The notes under the pieces: model-generated | Told to the model about the DNA's origin: nothing | Databases searched by the model: none | Seen by the model: the letters and a program-made list of their open reading frames with translations, nothing else | Virus record (IMG/VR): IMGVR_UViG_3300020374_000023 | Location: 1 to 28,501 of that record | Reading direction: 5' to 3' (one strand) | DNA from: a virus | Taxonomy: Duplodnaviria; Caudoviricetes | DNA: 28,501 nt | Shown: positions 8,273 to 17,949 of the stretch, piece by piece | Layout: each line of letters opens with the position of its first letter | Numbering within the stretch: the stretch's first letter is position 1 | Made by a program: the position numbers and the translations under genes

Positions 8273-9061
8273 CTATGTAACTAATTCGTGAAACCCATAC
8301 TCTGAAGGCTTAACATCTGTTCCACCATAAGCATGAGTATAAGTTTGGGAAACTCCTGTTCCCTGTCTGTAAGCTACTCCACTACCCCCTCTAAGGTCTT
8401 CACTATTTCCTATTCTTCCAAAAGCAGTATACCCGCTAAAATTTACTTGAGAATCATTATCAGAACCAGCATGAGATGCAGCTAAACCAATAAATGTTCT
8501 ATTTGTAGCAGTAGTTCTTGTAACACTTACAGTATTTAGTGAAGAAGTTGCACTAGAGACATTTTGAGCTAAACTTGTTACACCTGAAAATCCTGCTCCA
8601 GCAATAGTATTATAGTTTCCATTATATCCAATCGAAGTTGTGCCAGGGTTTAATTTAAAAAAACCTTGTGAGCGTTCATAATAGCCTGGAAACTGTTGAC
8701 CTAAGTTGTTAGGCTGTATTAAGATAGGACTTCCAGATAAAGAAATGTCATATTGACTACCTGTTCCCCTTGAATCTTGTGCTAATCCAATAAATGCATT
8801 TGACCCTGTAGGAGCAGTTATTGAAATTGTTGTACTTGAAGCACTATAATTACCATTGGTAACAAAGCCTTCAAAATTATCAGCTGATTTACCATAAAAA
8901 TTAGAGAGAGATATAGTGCCTGAAGATACGCCTGCAAGATTTCTTAAAGCAGTTTCGTTTAAAGAAGATGTAGCTGTTGCACTTCTACTTAGTTCTAAAT
9001 TAATAGACCTATTAGTTGTTGTGCCACCTATTGATATGGAGCCTGAACTAACTAGTGGCAT
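8273..9061 (-). CDS. Putative fibre-tip adhesin / receptor-binding protein
   Basis: N-terminal SSGSISI...INLEL...SLNETALRNLAGVSSGTISLSNFYGKS motif of the type that follows S74-bearing fibres, then a G/S/T/Y-rich beta domain. Overlaps the upstream fibre by 14 nt. Confidence 0.65.
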   Translation of the reverse strand: MPLVSSGSISIGGTTTNRSINLELSRSATATSSLNETALRNLAGVSSGTISLSNFYGKSADNFEGFVTNGNYSASSTTISITAPTGSNAFIGLAQDSRGTGSQYDISLSGSPILIQPNNLGQQFPGYYERSQGFFKLNPGTTSIGYNGNYNTIAGAGFSGVTSLAQNVSSATSSLNTVSVTRTTATNRTFIGLAASHAGSDNDSQVNFSGYTAFGRIGNSEDLRGGSGVAYRQGTGVSQTYTHAYGGTDVKPSEYGFHELVT

Positions 9062-11330
9062 TATCTAACCTCTCTTTTAATTCTTTGATTGCTTCTATGA
9101 GATAACCAACAACATTGCCATAAGCTATAGACTTGTATTCTCCATCATGTACTAACTCGGGCGCAATCTTTTCAAGCTCTTGTGCAATAATACCACTTGA
9201 TAATTTATCGTCTTTAGTAAATGTAACACCTCGCATTTGTGATACTTTGTCTAAAGCATTGTCTATTGTTAAAATATTATCTTTTAATCTTTCATCAGAG
9301 TAAGCTGTGATGTTTCCTGTAGCAGTAAAATTACCACTTAAATTATTTCCATTGTTAGATAAATTTGATAATCCATTAGAAGTTATATATCCCGCTCCAT
9401 TTGTAAGCTGATTATTGTTTGTTGGTATAGTTGGTAGTCCAGATAATGATGAATATGCACCATTAAATGATGATGTACCAGCACCTATTAAATTTCTTAC
9501 TTCACTTGCTGATATTCCAGAGTTCAGAGATGGTGTTGAACCATTACTTGTAATTGCTGGAGTTTGTGTAACCGATGTTGAAAAGTCTAATGTTCCATCT
9601 GAGTCATCATAGGTAACTGTAATACCACTTTCACTGTTTGAGGTTACCATTGCACCTACAGTGTCTTCAATAAATTCTTCTAGTATTGATACTGCACCAG
9701 ATGATACACTAAAATGATTTGAATTAAAGGATGCAATACCTTTATTAGTTGCAGTAGCATTTTCACCAGCTACTGTTACAGTTGAACCAGATATAGAAGT
9801 ATCCATACCTTCACCACCAGCAAAAGTCATTGTTGTTCCTTCAACTACTGATTTAGTTGTTCCACTATCAGCTGCTTGACTCCAACCAGAATATGTATCA
9901 ACTGCATTTGTACTTGCAGCTGTTATCCTACCAAATGCATCAATTGTTAAAGCTGGGATTGCACTTGCAGAACCATATGTTCCAGCACTTACACCACTAT
10001 TTGCAAGTCCTAGTGTAACTGAATTTGTTTCTCCAGCATCGTTTGATTCTGATGCAGTAAGTTCTCCAGAGTCTACATTGATATCTGAAACATATGCACC
10101 AGTAGTGTCTGTTCCTAATGCAACTGAATTAGCTGCAATTGTAGTTGCAAAAGATACATTACCTAAGTTTGTGACTGTTCCAGCACCTGTGACATCCCCT
10201 GTCAAAGTAATTGAAAAGTCATCTACATCAACATCTAATGTTCCATCTGAGTCATCATAAGTTACACTTAGTCCATTCTCAGTGTTACTTGAGAACATTG
10301 CACCAACAATATCTTCAACTTCTTCTTGAGTCTTACCAGAAGATGAGATGGTTAATGTTCCAGCTGAATCGTCATATGATAATGACATGTTAGTTCCAGC
10401 TTGTAATAATGACCCAACTCTATCATCTACTCTTTCATCGGTGTAGAATAAGTTTGTATTTTCTGTTAAGTTTGATGTATTAACAACTCCTGTGACATCT
10501 GCTGTTGTTAATGTGACTGCACCTGTTCTACCAAATACACTTGTTACTGGAGCTGATGCTTGACTAAATGAAACAACACCTGTTGAATTATTATATGAGA
10601 TATCTCCACTTGCACTTATAGCTCCTCTAACTGCAGCTTGTAATCCTTGAATATCACCTATTGCAATATCTCCACCTGCTTTTTGCAGTTTCATTCCACT
10701 TCTTAAACTTAAGTTAGCATTGACATCAACTTTGTTTGAAGAACCACCAGCATTTAAAAATATATCTGAACCATCTGATTCTAGCTGTATACCAATTCCA
10801 CTTGAAGGTGCTGTAACAATACCAGTTGCATCTGAGTTAATAACAACTCCACCTGTAGTATCGTGATTGTAAATAGAACCAGCACCAGTCTTAGTCCATT
10901 GTGTTACTGCACCTTGAGTTGCACCAGCAACACCTTCGTATGAACCAGTGAAGGATGTAATTCTTATAATGTCTGAGTTTGCAGCTGATGATGCAAGAGT
11001 AATACTTGAACCATTTGTTGCAGAATAATCTGTACCACTTCTAAGTAACACACCATTTTTAAATACTAATAATCTAGTAACTGAATATTTTAATGTGTTT
11101 CCAAAGTTATCTGTTCCACTAAATGTTCTATTTGAACTTGAACCATCTGAACCATCGAATTCAAAATCTTGAAAAAAGAAATATTGGTCAATAATACTAT
11201 TGATAGAATCTACTAAAGAACCTTTTTGACTGGTTCTTAATGAACCTAATCCACCAACCTCGTCTACGAGACTGTTATATGATTGTCTAAACTCTTCTAA
11301 AGTTTGATTGTTACTTACATTCTTCGCCAT
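9048..11330 (-). CDS. Tail fibre protein with C-terminal intramolecular chaperone (peptidase S74)
   Basis: C-terminal AY-SDERLKDNI...GIIAQELEKIAPELV...LIEAIKEL is the S74/ICA signature (about 9051-9299). It has fibre repeats and an N-terminal TLEEFRQSYN helical anchor. Confidence 0.88.
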   Translation of the reverse strand: MAKNVSNNQTLEEFRQSYNSLVDEVGGLGSLRTSQKGSLVDSINSIIDQYFFFQDFEFDGSDGSSSNRTFSGTDNFGNTLKYSVTRLLVFKNGVLLRSGTDYSATNGSSITLASSAANSDIIRITSFTGSYEGVAGATQGAVTQWTKTGAGSIYNHDTTGGVVINSDATGIVTAPSSGIGIQLESDGSDIFLNAGGSSNKVDVNANLSLRSGMKLQKAGGDIAIGDIQGLQAAVRGAISASGDISYNNSTGVVSFSQASAPVTSVFGRTGAVTLTTADVTGVVNTSNLTENTNLFYTDERVDDRVGSLLQAGTNMSLSYDDSAGTLTISSSGKTQEEVEDIVGAMFSSNTENGLSVTYDDSDGTLDVDVDDFSITLTGDVTGAGTVTNLGNVSFATTIAANSVALGTDTTGAYVSDINVDSGELTASESNDAGETNSVTLGLANSGVSAGTYGSASAIPALTIDAFGRITAASTNAVDTYSGWSQAADSGTTKSVVEGTTMTFAGGEGMDTSISGSTVTVAGENATATNKGIASFNSNHFSVSSGAVSILEEFIEDTVGAMVTSNSESGITVTYDDSDGTLDFSTSVTQTPAITSNGSTPSLNSGISASEVRNLIGAGTSSFNGAYSSLSGLPTIPTNNNQLTNGAGYITSNGLSNLSNNGNNLSGNFTATGNITAYSDERLKDNILTIDNALDKVSQMRGVTFTKDDKLSSGIIAQELEKIAPELVHDGEYKSIAYGNVVGYLIEAIKELKERLDNATS

Positions 11331-11526
11331 TGCATTTTTCCAAAACTTGTGTCATCATTAATTTTAACTCTGACATTTCTATTTTTAATTGTTCTATTTC
11401 CCCATTCTTTGCTTTTATAATTGTTTGTCTTTTTTTATACAAAGTATATGCATCTCTGTCAGTATTTATAACTGCCTGAGTATATTCATCTTTTATAAGA
11501 TGGTCTTTTCCTTTAATCTTAGGCAA
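11311..11526 (-). CDS. Small coiled-coil virion-associated protein
   Basis: 71 aa, LIKDxxTxAVINTD...EIEQLKxEMSELKxMM. It overlaps both neighbours and resembles the usual companion of the giant virion protein in marine T4-like phages. Confidence 0.75.
   Translation of the reverse strand: MPKIKGKDHLIKDEYTQAVINTDRDAYTLYKKRQTIIKAKNGEIEQLKIEMSELKLMMTQVLEKCNGEECK
11463..11470 (-). promoter_or_regulatory. Perfect T4 late promoter TATAAATA inside the 71-aa gene
   Basis: Plus strand TATTTATA, about 130 nt upstream of the 760-aa fibre start; could be chance in AT-rich DNA. Confidence 0.4.
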
Positions 11527-14500
11527 GTGCTAAACTCCTAAATGCTCTTAAAGCACATGGTTGTGTTGTATCTTTACTCTTCATTACAACTTTAACTGCA
11601 AAACCTAAAAACTCTTCTAAGTTGTTTGCATCATATTCGTATGACCTAAACTTACTTGAATCTGCATCTGGAACATTGTCTGTTCCAAATTCTGTCCAAC
11701 CTAATTCTTCTGTTGGTAATGTATTATCTGCTTTAAGTAATTTGAAATAAGTTTTAATTTCACCTAATGCAGTTCCAGCTGGTTTAAATCCATCAAAGAT
11801 AACTTTTAATTGTGTTGCTGGATTTTCTAATTGTATTAATCTTGTACAATAGATTGCAGCGTTGTTATCTCCATCTGGTTCTGTTGGTGAAACAAAACTT
11901 GTATTAGCTGCAAGGTCACCAGAAGAACTTACTGAATTAATTCTGTTCATAATAGTATTTGCACCTACAGAACCTACATCAACAATTGGTGATACAAAAT
12001 CAGAAGTTGTTGTCATATCAAGTTCTAATTTAAATGATTTTGCAGAACCCATTTCATTTGTTTCATTAATAGGTGATGCAACTATACCAGATGTAGTCAT
12101 AAAGTTATTATCATTTAAGACAATTGATATACTACTATTTGCTAATGAATAACTGTTTGCTGTTCCCTGTGGTTGATTTGTACTTGTCTTAAATAAATTA
12201 GAACCTAAGCTAGTTTTAGGATATATTACATTTGGAACTAAAGTATGAACTACATCGTAATACATATTTTCTGTTGCAGTCATATTAACTCCACCACCAG
12301 AAACATTATCAGTTGCTCCAACATGACTTCCTAAAGTTACATCAATTTCATAAGTATCTAAATCAAATGATTTTATTGCAGTATGGGTTGTATTAATTTT
12401 ACTAATAGGTATTCCACCTAATGTATCTTCAACTGAACCTACAGTGATTGTTGCAAAGGTTGTTGCACCAGAACCACCGACTGCACTTTGTGGAATTGTA
12501 ATTGTTTCTGCAGCTGCAAAGTTAAAGCCTGGATTATTAATTGTAATAGCACTAATACTTGTATTTGTATCAAGAGTAATATTAAATGTTGCACTAGAAC
12601 CATTTCCACTTGCAGTTCCAGATACACCTGTATATGAACCAGTCGCCCCTGTTCCACTTACATTTGAAGTAACAGTTAAAATACCATTATCTTTATCTCC
12701 TTCAACACCAGCAAGTGTAACATTAGAATCTAAATCATACATACCATGTGATTGATGAGATACCTTTATTCTGTCTGAGTCAGTGCTTCCAATAACTGTA
12801 ATTGCATTTGGTTTTAATTTTTTTACTGGAAGGTCTTTATTTTCAAGAACAACTTTACCAGATGTTGAACTAAATTTACATCTATTAATATTAAATTTTA
12901 AATCTTGTAATTGTTCTGGACTCCAAGTTGAACTGTTTTGTGATTTAAATAATACACCAGCATATGGTTGTCTATCAATTGGTTCTTTTGTATGAACATC
13001 GAAATCACCCATCTGACCAACCCATGCTAAGTAAGCATTTGAGTTTGACTCAAGAACAAAACAATATTCTGTTTGTGGGTTTAAGTAAACTGGTGATGGA
13101 AAAGTAAATTTAGTTGCTGTTTGAGCATTTGCACTTGTAGTAATCTCATTTGGATATAAAGTTTTTTCTGCAAAAGGTAATACTTTCTGAGTTGGTGAAC
13201 CATTTAACATTTGTCTAATGGAACATGTGACTGGTAATCCACCACCATCTTTTGCACTAAAGAACACTTCAATTGAATTTACAAATACACCTTCTTCTTT
13301 TTCTATTAAGAATGATTGTGCAAGTGGGTCAACCCATCTAGTTTCTAAACTCTGTGTAACAATTTGATTTGCTCTAGACTCGTTTACTGTTTCATTAACT
13401 ACTCTACCATTTCTTGTAGAGATAACTTCTGTCTGTGTAGAAGTCAATGAACCATTTGCCATGAAGTTTGTAAATGCAGATGTAGTTGATAATGCACTGT
13501 CTACAGTTGCAGTATCAGTAACTTTAAGAGTTCTAATACCTGTTTCAAATCTTAAGGTATCATCATTTGGTACAGTAAAGACTGCACTTAGTTTACCTTG
13601 GTTATCTGTTTTTAATTGTGTTCCTTTTGAAGTTCCACCACTTACACCATAAGTTGCAGATGATGGAGTGCAATGTGCATTAACTTGTATGTTGTCAAAG
13701 AATACATTTAATGCAGTATTTGGTTTTAACAATTCACCAGATATTGTAATATCAATGGTTCTCATGAAATTAATTGCAGACACACCAACGACTCTATCGT
13801 TTCTTGTTGTTGATATATCTTCTACAACATTAGTTAGAATACCACTTCTTCCTTCTCTAGTTGGAATAGTTCTAGTCACTGTAGTATTGACAGCAAATCT
13901 TCCTCTTCGTCTCCTTCTAAGTCTTCTTCTTCTAAATCTTCTACCTCTAAGTAATTCGAACTCTTCTGGTTCGTCACCTAAATTATTATTCTCAAGAAAG
14001 TTTCCTACTCTTCGTGTTACATTTGGAACACCTGCCCATGTTTGTTGCCAGTCATTCCATACTGTCCCAACTTCAACTCCAGCTAATACTGCATCAAAGT
14101 TACCTTCTTGAGAAGTAGTAATACTTGGAAGTACTTCCATGTCATGCCAAACATCTTTATCTGGACTTAGTTCCATTCTTCCTACAAAGTTTGCAACATC
14201 GTATGGGTTAACATTAACTTGTTGTGATGCTTTATTAGAAGTAATATGTGCTTCTTCGGTAAATGGTAATGTTATTATATCACCACTTTTTGTAACATTA
14301 GATGATATCCCATTATTAAATTGCATATCAAAATAATTTGTTCTATGTGTTGGTCTTGCAATACCTTCTGCTTGGTCTACTGCAATACCATAGTCTGGAT
14401 GGAATACATCTCCAACTCCATGACCTTTAAATGGGTCGACAACAAAACCAGATTTGAATTTATCAAATCCTTCGTCATCTAAAACTTGTAATGTTTCTGT

Positions 14501-17500
14501 TTTTTCTTCCAACATAGAAAGTGATACTGCTGTTTCTAATTGTGTTAGTCTTCGTTGTATACCATCTATATCTCTCATAGTATATCGTCTATGTTGTACT
14601 AATTGTGTTTCTATTTCTCCTACATCTGGAGTAAATGCTGGTATGAATATTTCTGCAACTTCAATTGCATTGTCAACCTTTGCACCTTTCTTAGGTGCAT
14701 CGGAAGGTTCACCTGTTACTACAACAAACTCACCTAATGCTGTCAAGAACAATCTATCAAGTCTTGCAAGATAGTGTTCATAGTCTACTGTAATGTTTGA
14801 ACCAATCTTTGCAAGGTCTGGGTTGAAAGAACCATTTCCTTCAAATGCAGACGAACTGTATGACATTGGTAAAGCACTAATTCCAGAAATATCATTTGTT
14901 GCACTTATATCAGCTGATGGTTGTGTAGTTAATAATCTAGCTACAACTGGTCTATAGTCAATAGAATCTGCAAGATGGAATTCACCATCTGCATCAAAAG
15001 ATGCACTTGGGTCAAATCTATCTGCAACATAACTTGGTATTTCAGCAAATCCAAGAGTACCATATGAGTTACCAGTAAATACATTACCACCACCAGAATG
15101 AGTAAAGAAGTCAACAATAATCATTAATGGATTTGTTGGTGCTGGAGCTCCTGTTTTTCTTGTTATTTTAGAGATGTCATAAAAACTATCTCTTTGACCA
15201 TCATCAAATACAAAGTTATCTGTAATTTCTTTTGAACCATTTGATAAATTACTAATTGTTCCAGCTTTTGCAACTCCATCTGTAAAGGTTATTCCTTCAC
15301 CTTCTTGAAATTTACCAGAACCATCTTTGTAGTAAAAGAAACAAGTATTAGAATCATTTTCAATTAAAATACCTCTTGCATTGGAGACATCACCAACAAC
15401 TTCTACACCACCTGTAGATAATGCATTACTTCCAGCATCTGCTGTATATGTAAATGATGGTGGAACTGGAGCTGTTGATGCAGTTGCACCACCAGATGAT
15501 ACTGCGTTACCACCTTCGAATACTCCTCTTACTTTAAATACATCTGCAACACCTAATGTAATGTCTTGGTGTTGATATGATGTTCCATAATTTGCAGTTG
15601 AGTTTGCAGTATTAACATTTAATACTGCACCTTTAATTAAAGTTTTAGATGATTCTGATACTGAACCTCTTTGCACTGTTACAATAACTTTGCAATTTGT
15701 ACTATTAACACCTACATCAATCGCTACTGAACCACTGTTTGAACCATTACTGATTGTTACATTGCTAGATGTTAAAGATATTTTTGCACCATTATCACTT
15801 CTAGATGCATGATAATCATCTTCATTAAATGCAACAAATGTTCCATCGGATGATGTTACTGTGCATATTCCTGTTCCACTTGATTGTACTATTACTTCTC
15901 TTCTTACTACTTCTGTTTCAATCGAAATATCTTTTATACCAGAGTTAGGTAACCCAGATATTGCAACTGTTTGGTCTGGTTTGTAGAATTTTGCTCTTTG
16001 TCTTACGATTGCACCACTAATAACATCTGATGTTGTTCCAGCAATATCTGTGACAACTACTGTATCGTTGTCTGTTACTGACACTACAGATGTAGTTGCA
16101 CCATTTGGAAGCAGTAAGTTATCACCTTCGACAAGTTCATTGGTAAATACAGATGCAATACCTGTTATTGTATCATTACTTGAATCACCATCTACTGTAA
16201 CTGTTCCACTTCCTGTTAATGTAAAGTTGTCTTCTAATAAGACATCTCCACCAAATTCTTGGAACACACCTGTTCCTCTATCTTGATGTACTCTTCTTAT
16301 TCTTCCTATATCAAATGTTCTTATTGCACTGATTGCTACACCACCAGATGAGTTCTGGTGTTTTCTTAATGTATCACTTGTATTAAATGTTCCTACAACA
16401 CTGTGTAGTAAAACTGTTGTTCCACTTGAAACTGCTTCTGCAACAATACCTGTTGCACCAGATACAGTTCCTTTTACTTTCATTCCTTTTGATAAAGATA
16501 CCGATGCAGTTGTTAATTTAGTAAACATTTGCACATCAAATAAATGTAATGCATCACTTGATGAATCAAACTGTTCGAATGCTCTTACTCTTGCAAAACC
16601 TATTTTACTTCCACCACCATCGTCACTTGCAACTGAACCTTTTGCAGTGTCCATAAGTGTAACTGTTGAAAATGCACTTAAGTCTCCAGCATCACTAATA
16701 TCTGGTAGACCATATACATTATTAATTTTTAAAAAGTTTCCTATTCTAAATGCAGATGCAACATTATCTTTTGATGCAGTTGTTCTTGCTTTATCAAATG
16801 TTAAGAATGAAGGTGTCTGTTTGTCTACTTCAAAACCTCTTACATAAGATTTACCAGCAGATACTACTGAAATAAATTTAGAATCATCTCCAGCTGGAGT
16901 TGATGTTGAAGTGTATACACCATTGTTTGATAAGTCATTTAAGTGTTCTCTAAATGCAAGAGTAAAGGGTTCTAAAGTATAATCACCAGACTCATCAAAT
17001 GTTCTTCGTGCAAGTGTTTCTTGTATTCTGTTATATTCTGTTATTTCTTGTTTTCTAACTACTTCACCAGCAGCCAATCTCATTAGTTCAATAAAGTCTG
17101 TTGAGTCTGTTGCAGTTAAAGATTTCTTTGCAAGAGTTAATGTTAAAGTAAGTCTATCAGCTCCAGGCGCATTTTCGTTTGATGACCCCTGTGCATTATC
17201 TAACAGACTTGAATCTTCTGTGTAAGATGTAAGTGTTTCTGCAATATCTACACCAACCTTGTAGGATGGAGTATTAGAATATTTTTCTAGTATAATTGTT
17301 TGTGCAGGCACCTTGACAAACATACCTCGTGTGTATATAATACCTTCGGATATACTTGCAGACGAACCTACCATTGACCCTACATTTGTAGAACCTGCTA
17401 TTGAAAAAACTTTAAATTGATTATTAGAACCAGCAGATGTATAACCACCAAGACCATCATTATCCTGTGTTACTTCATCTAATGTTTCACCATCTTGGAA

Positions 17501-17938
17501 TTCTGTATAAAATGTAGAACCAGAGTTACCTGTTGCTTGATATTTAACATGAAGTGTTAATGGGTCATCTGTAGTTTTCTGACTCGTATTTAAAACTTTA
17601 CCTACAACTCCACTGGTTGCACCTTTGTAAAATTTACCTAGTGAGTCTGCACGAAAAGATTCAGTAGCAGACACACCACTTCCATTTGGATTAGTATCTT
17701 CAACCTTTACTCCAAAGTATTGATTGTCATAATTAGTTCTTGCACCAAGGATGATTGCACCCTCTTTAAACATGTGTGAACCAAATCTTTCAATCTGATT
17801 TTGAAGTATTGATTGTAATTGTGTTAGTTCCCTAGCCTGTATTGCAGCTGATGGTTTAAACAAAATTCGATGAAAATTCTTCGAATCTGCATAATCATCA
17901 TAATAAGGACTAACATTAAGGTCTGTTTTTTGAGCCAC
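11519..17938 (-). CDS. Giant virion structural protein (VrlC-like / DUF4815), baseplate-associated
   Basis: N-terminus TDLNVSPYYDDY...FHRILFKP...QARELTQLQSILQNQIERFG, plus LARRTFDESGDY, FKSGFVVDPF and DPLAQSF motifs. Lies directly after gp8. GTG start with SD AGGA. Confidence 0.85.
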   Translation of the reverse strand: MAQKTDLNVSPYYDDYADSKNFHRILFKPSAAIQARELTQLQSILQNQIERFGSHMFKEGAIILGARTNYDNQYFGVKVEDTNPNGSGVSATESFRADSLGKFYKGATSGVVGKVLNTSQKTTDDPLTLHVKYQATGNSGSTFYTEFQDGETLDEVTQDNDGLGGYTSAGSNNQFKVFSIAGSTNVGSMVGSSASISEGIIYTRGMFVKVPAQTIILEKYSNTPSYKVGVDIAETLTSYTEDSSLLDNAQGSSNENAPGADRLTLTLTLAKKSLTATDSTDFIELMRLAAGEVVRKQEITEYNRIQETLARRTFDESGDYTLEPFTLAFREHLNDLSNNGVYTSTSTPAGDDSKFISVVSAGKSYVRGFEVDKQTPSFLTFDKARTTASKDNVASAFRIGNFLKINNVYGLPDISDAGDLSAFSTVTLMDTAKGSVASDDGGGSKIGFARVRAFEQFDSSSDALHLFDVQMFTKLTTASVSLSKGMKVKGTVSGATGIVAEAVSSGTTVLLHSVVGTFNTSDTLRKHQNSSGGVAISAIRTFDIGRIRRVHQDRGTGVFQEFGGDVLLEDNFTLTGSGTVTVDGDSSNDTITGIASVFTNELVEGDNLLLPNGATTSVVSVTDNDTVVVTDIAGTTSDVISGAIVRQRAKFYKPDQTVAISGLPNSGIKDISIETEVVRREVIVQSSGTGICTVTSSDGTFVAFNEDDYHASRSDNGAKISLTSSNVTISNGSNSGSVAIDVGVNSTNCKVIVTVQRGSVSESSKTLIKGAVLNVNTANSTANYGTSYQHQDITLGVADVFKVRGVFEGGNAVSSGGATASTAPVPPSFTYTADAGSNALSTGGVEVVGDVSNARGILIENDSNTCFFYYKDGSGKFQEGEGITFTDGVAKAGTISNLSNGSKEITDNFVFDDGQRDSFYDISKITRKTGAPAPTNPLMIIVDFFTHSGGGNVFTGNSYGTLGFAEIPSYVADRFDPSASFDADGEFHLADSIDYRPVVARLLTTQPSADISATNDISGISALPMSYSSSAFEGNGSFNPDLAKIGSNITVDYEHYLARLDRLFLTALGEFVVVTGEPSDAPKKGAKVDNAIEVAEIFIPAFTPDVGEIETQLVQHRRYTMRDIDGIQRRLTQLETAVSLSMLEEKTETLQVLDDEGFDKFKSGFVVDPFKGHGVGDVFHPDYGIAVDQAEGIARPTHRTNYFDMQFNNGISSNVTKSGDIITLPFTEEAHITSNKASQQVNVNPYDVANFVGRMELSPDKDVWHDMEVLPSITTSQEGNFDAVLAGVEVGTVWNDWQQTWAGVPNVTRRVGNFLENNNLGDEPEEFELLRGRRFRRRRLRRRRRGRFAVNTTVTRTIPTREGRSGILTNVVEDISTTRNDRVVGVSAINFMRTIDITISGELLKPNTALNVFFDNIQVNAHCTPSSATYGVSGGTSKGTQLKTDNQGKLSAVFTVPNDDTLRFETGIRTLKVTDTATVDSALSTTSAFTNFMANGSLTSTQTEVISTRNGRVVNETVNESRANQIVTQSLETRWVDPLAQSFLIEKEEGVFVNSIEVFFSAKDGGGLPVTCSIRQMLNGSPTQKVLPFAEKTLYPNEITTSANAQTATKFTFPSPVYLNPQTEYCFVLESNSNAYLAWVGQMGDFDVHTKEPIDRQPYAGVLFKSQNSSTWSPEQLQDLKFNINRCKFSSTSGKVVLENKDLPVKKLKPNAITVIGSTDSDRIKVSHQSHGMYDLDSNVTLAGVEGDKDNGILTVTSNVSGTGATGSYTGVSGTASGNGSSATFNITLDTNTSISAITINNPGFNFAAAETITIPQSAVGGSGATTFATITVGSVEDTLGGIPISKINTTHTAIKSFDLDTYEIDVTLGSHVGATDNVSGGGVNMTATENMYYDVVHTLVPNVIYPKTSLGSNLFKTSTNQPQGTANSYSLANSSISIVLNDNNFMTTSGIVASPINETNEMGSAKSFKLELDMTTTSDFVSPIVDVGSVGANTIMNRINSVSSSGDLAANTSFVSPTEPDGDNNAAIYCTRLIQLENPATQLKVIFDGFKPAGTALGEIKTYFKLLKADNTLPTEELGWTEFGTDNVPDADSSKFRSYEYDANNLEEFLGFAVKVVMKSKDTTQPCALRAFRSLALA

Positions 17939-17949
17939 TGTTAGTTATC

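Noticed and set aside
4033-11330. Invertible shufflon-type fibre switching
   Set aside because: All fibre genes are co-oriented, with no inverted cassettes, crossover sites or invertase gene seen.
1-11330. HxH iron-binding needle motifs as in T4 gp37
   Set aside because: No paired HxH motifs were seen in the visible fibre sequences; the C-terminus of the leftmost fibre is outside the window.
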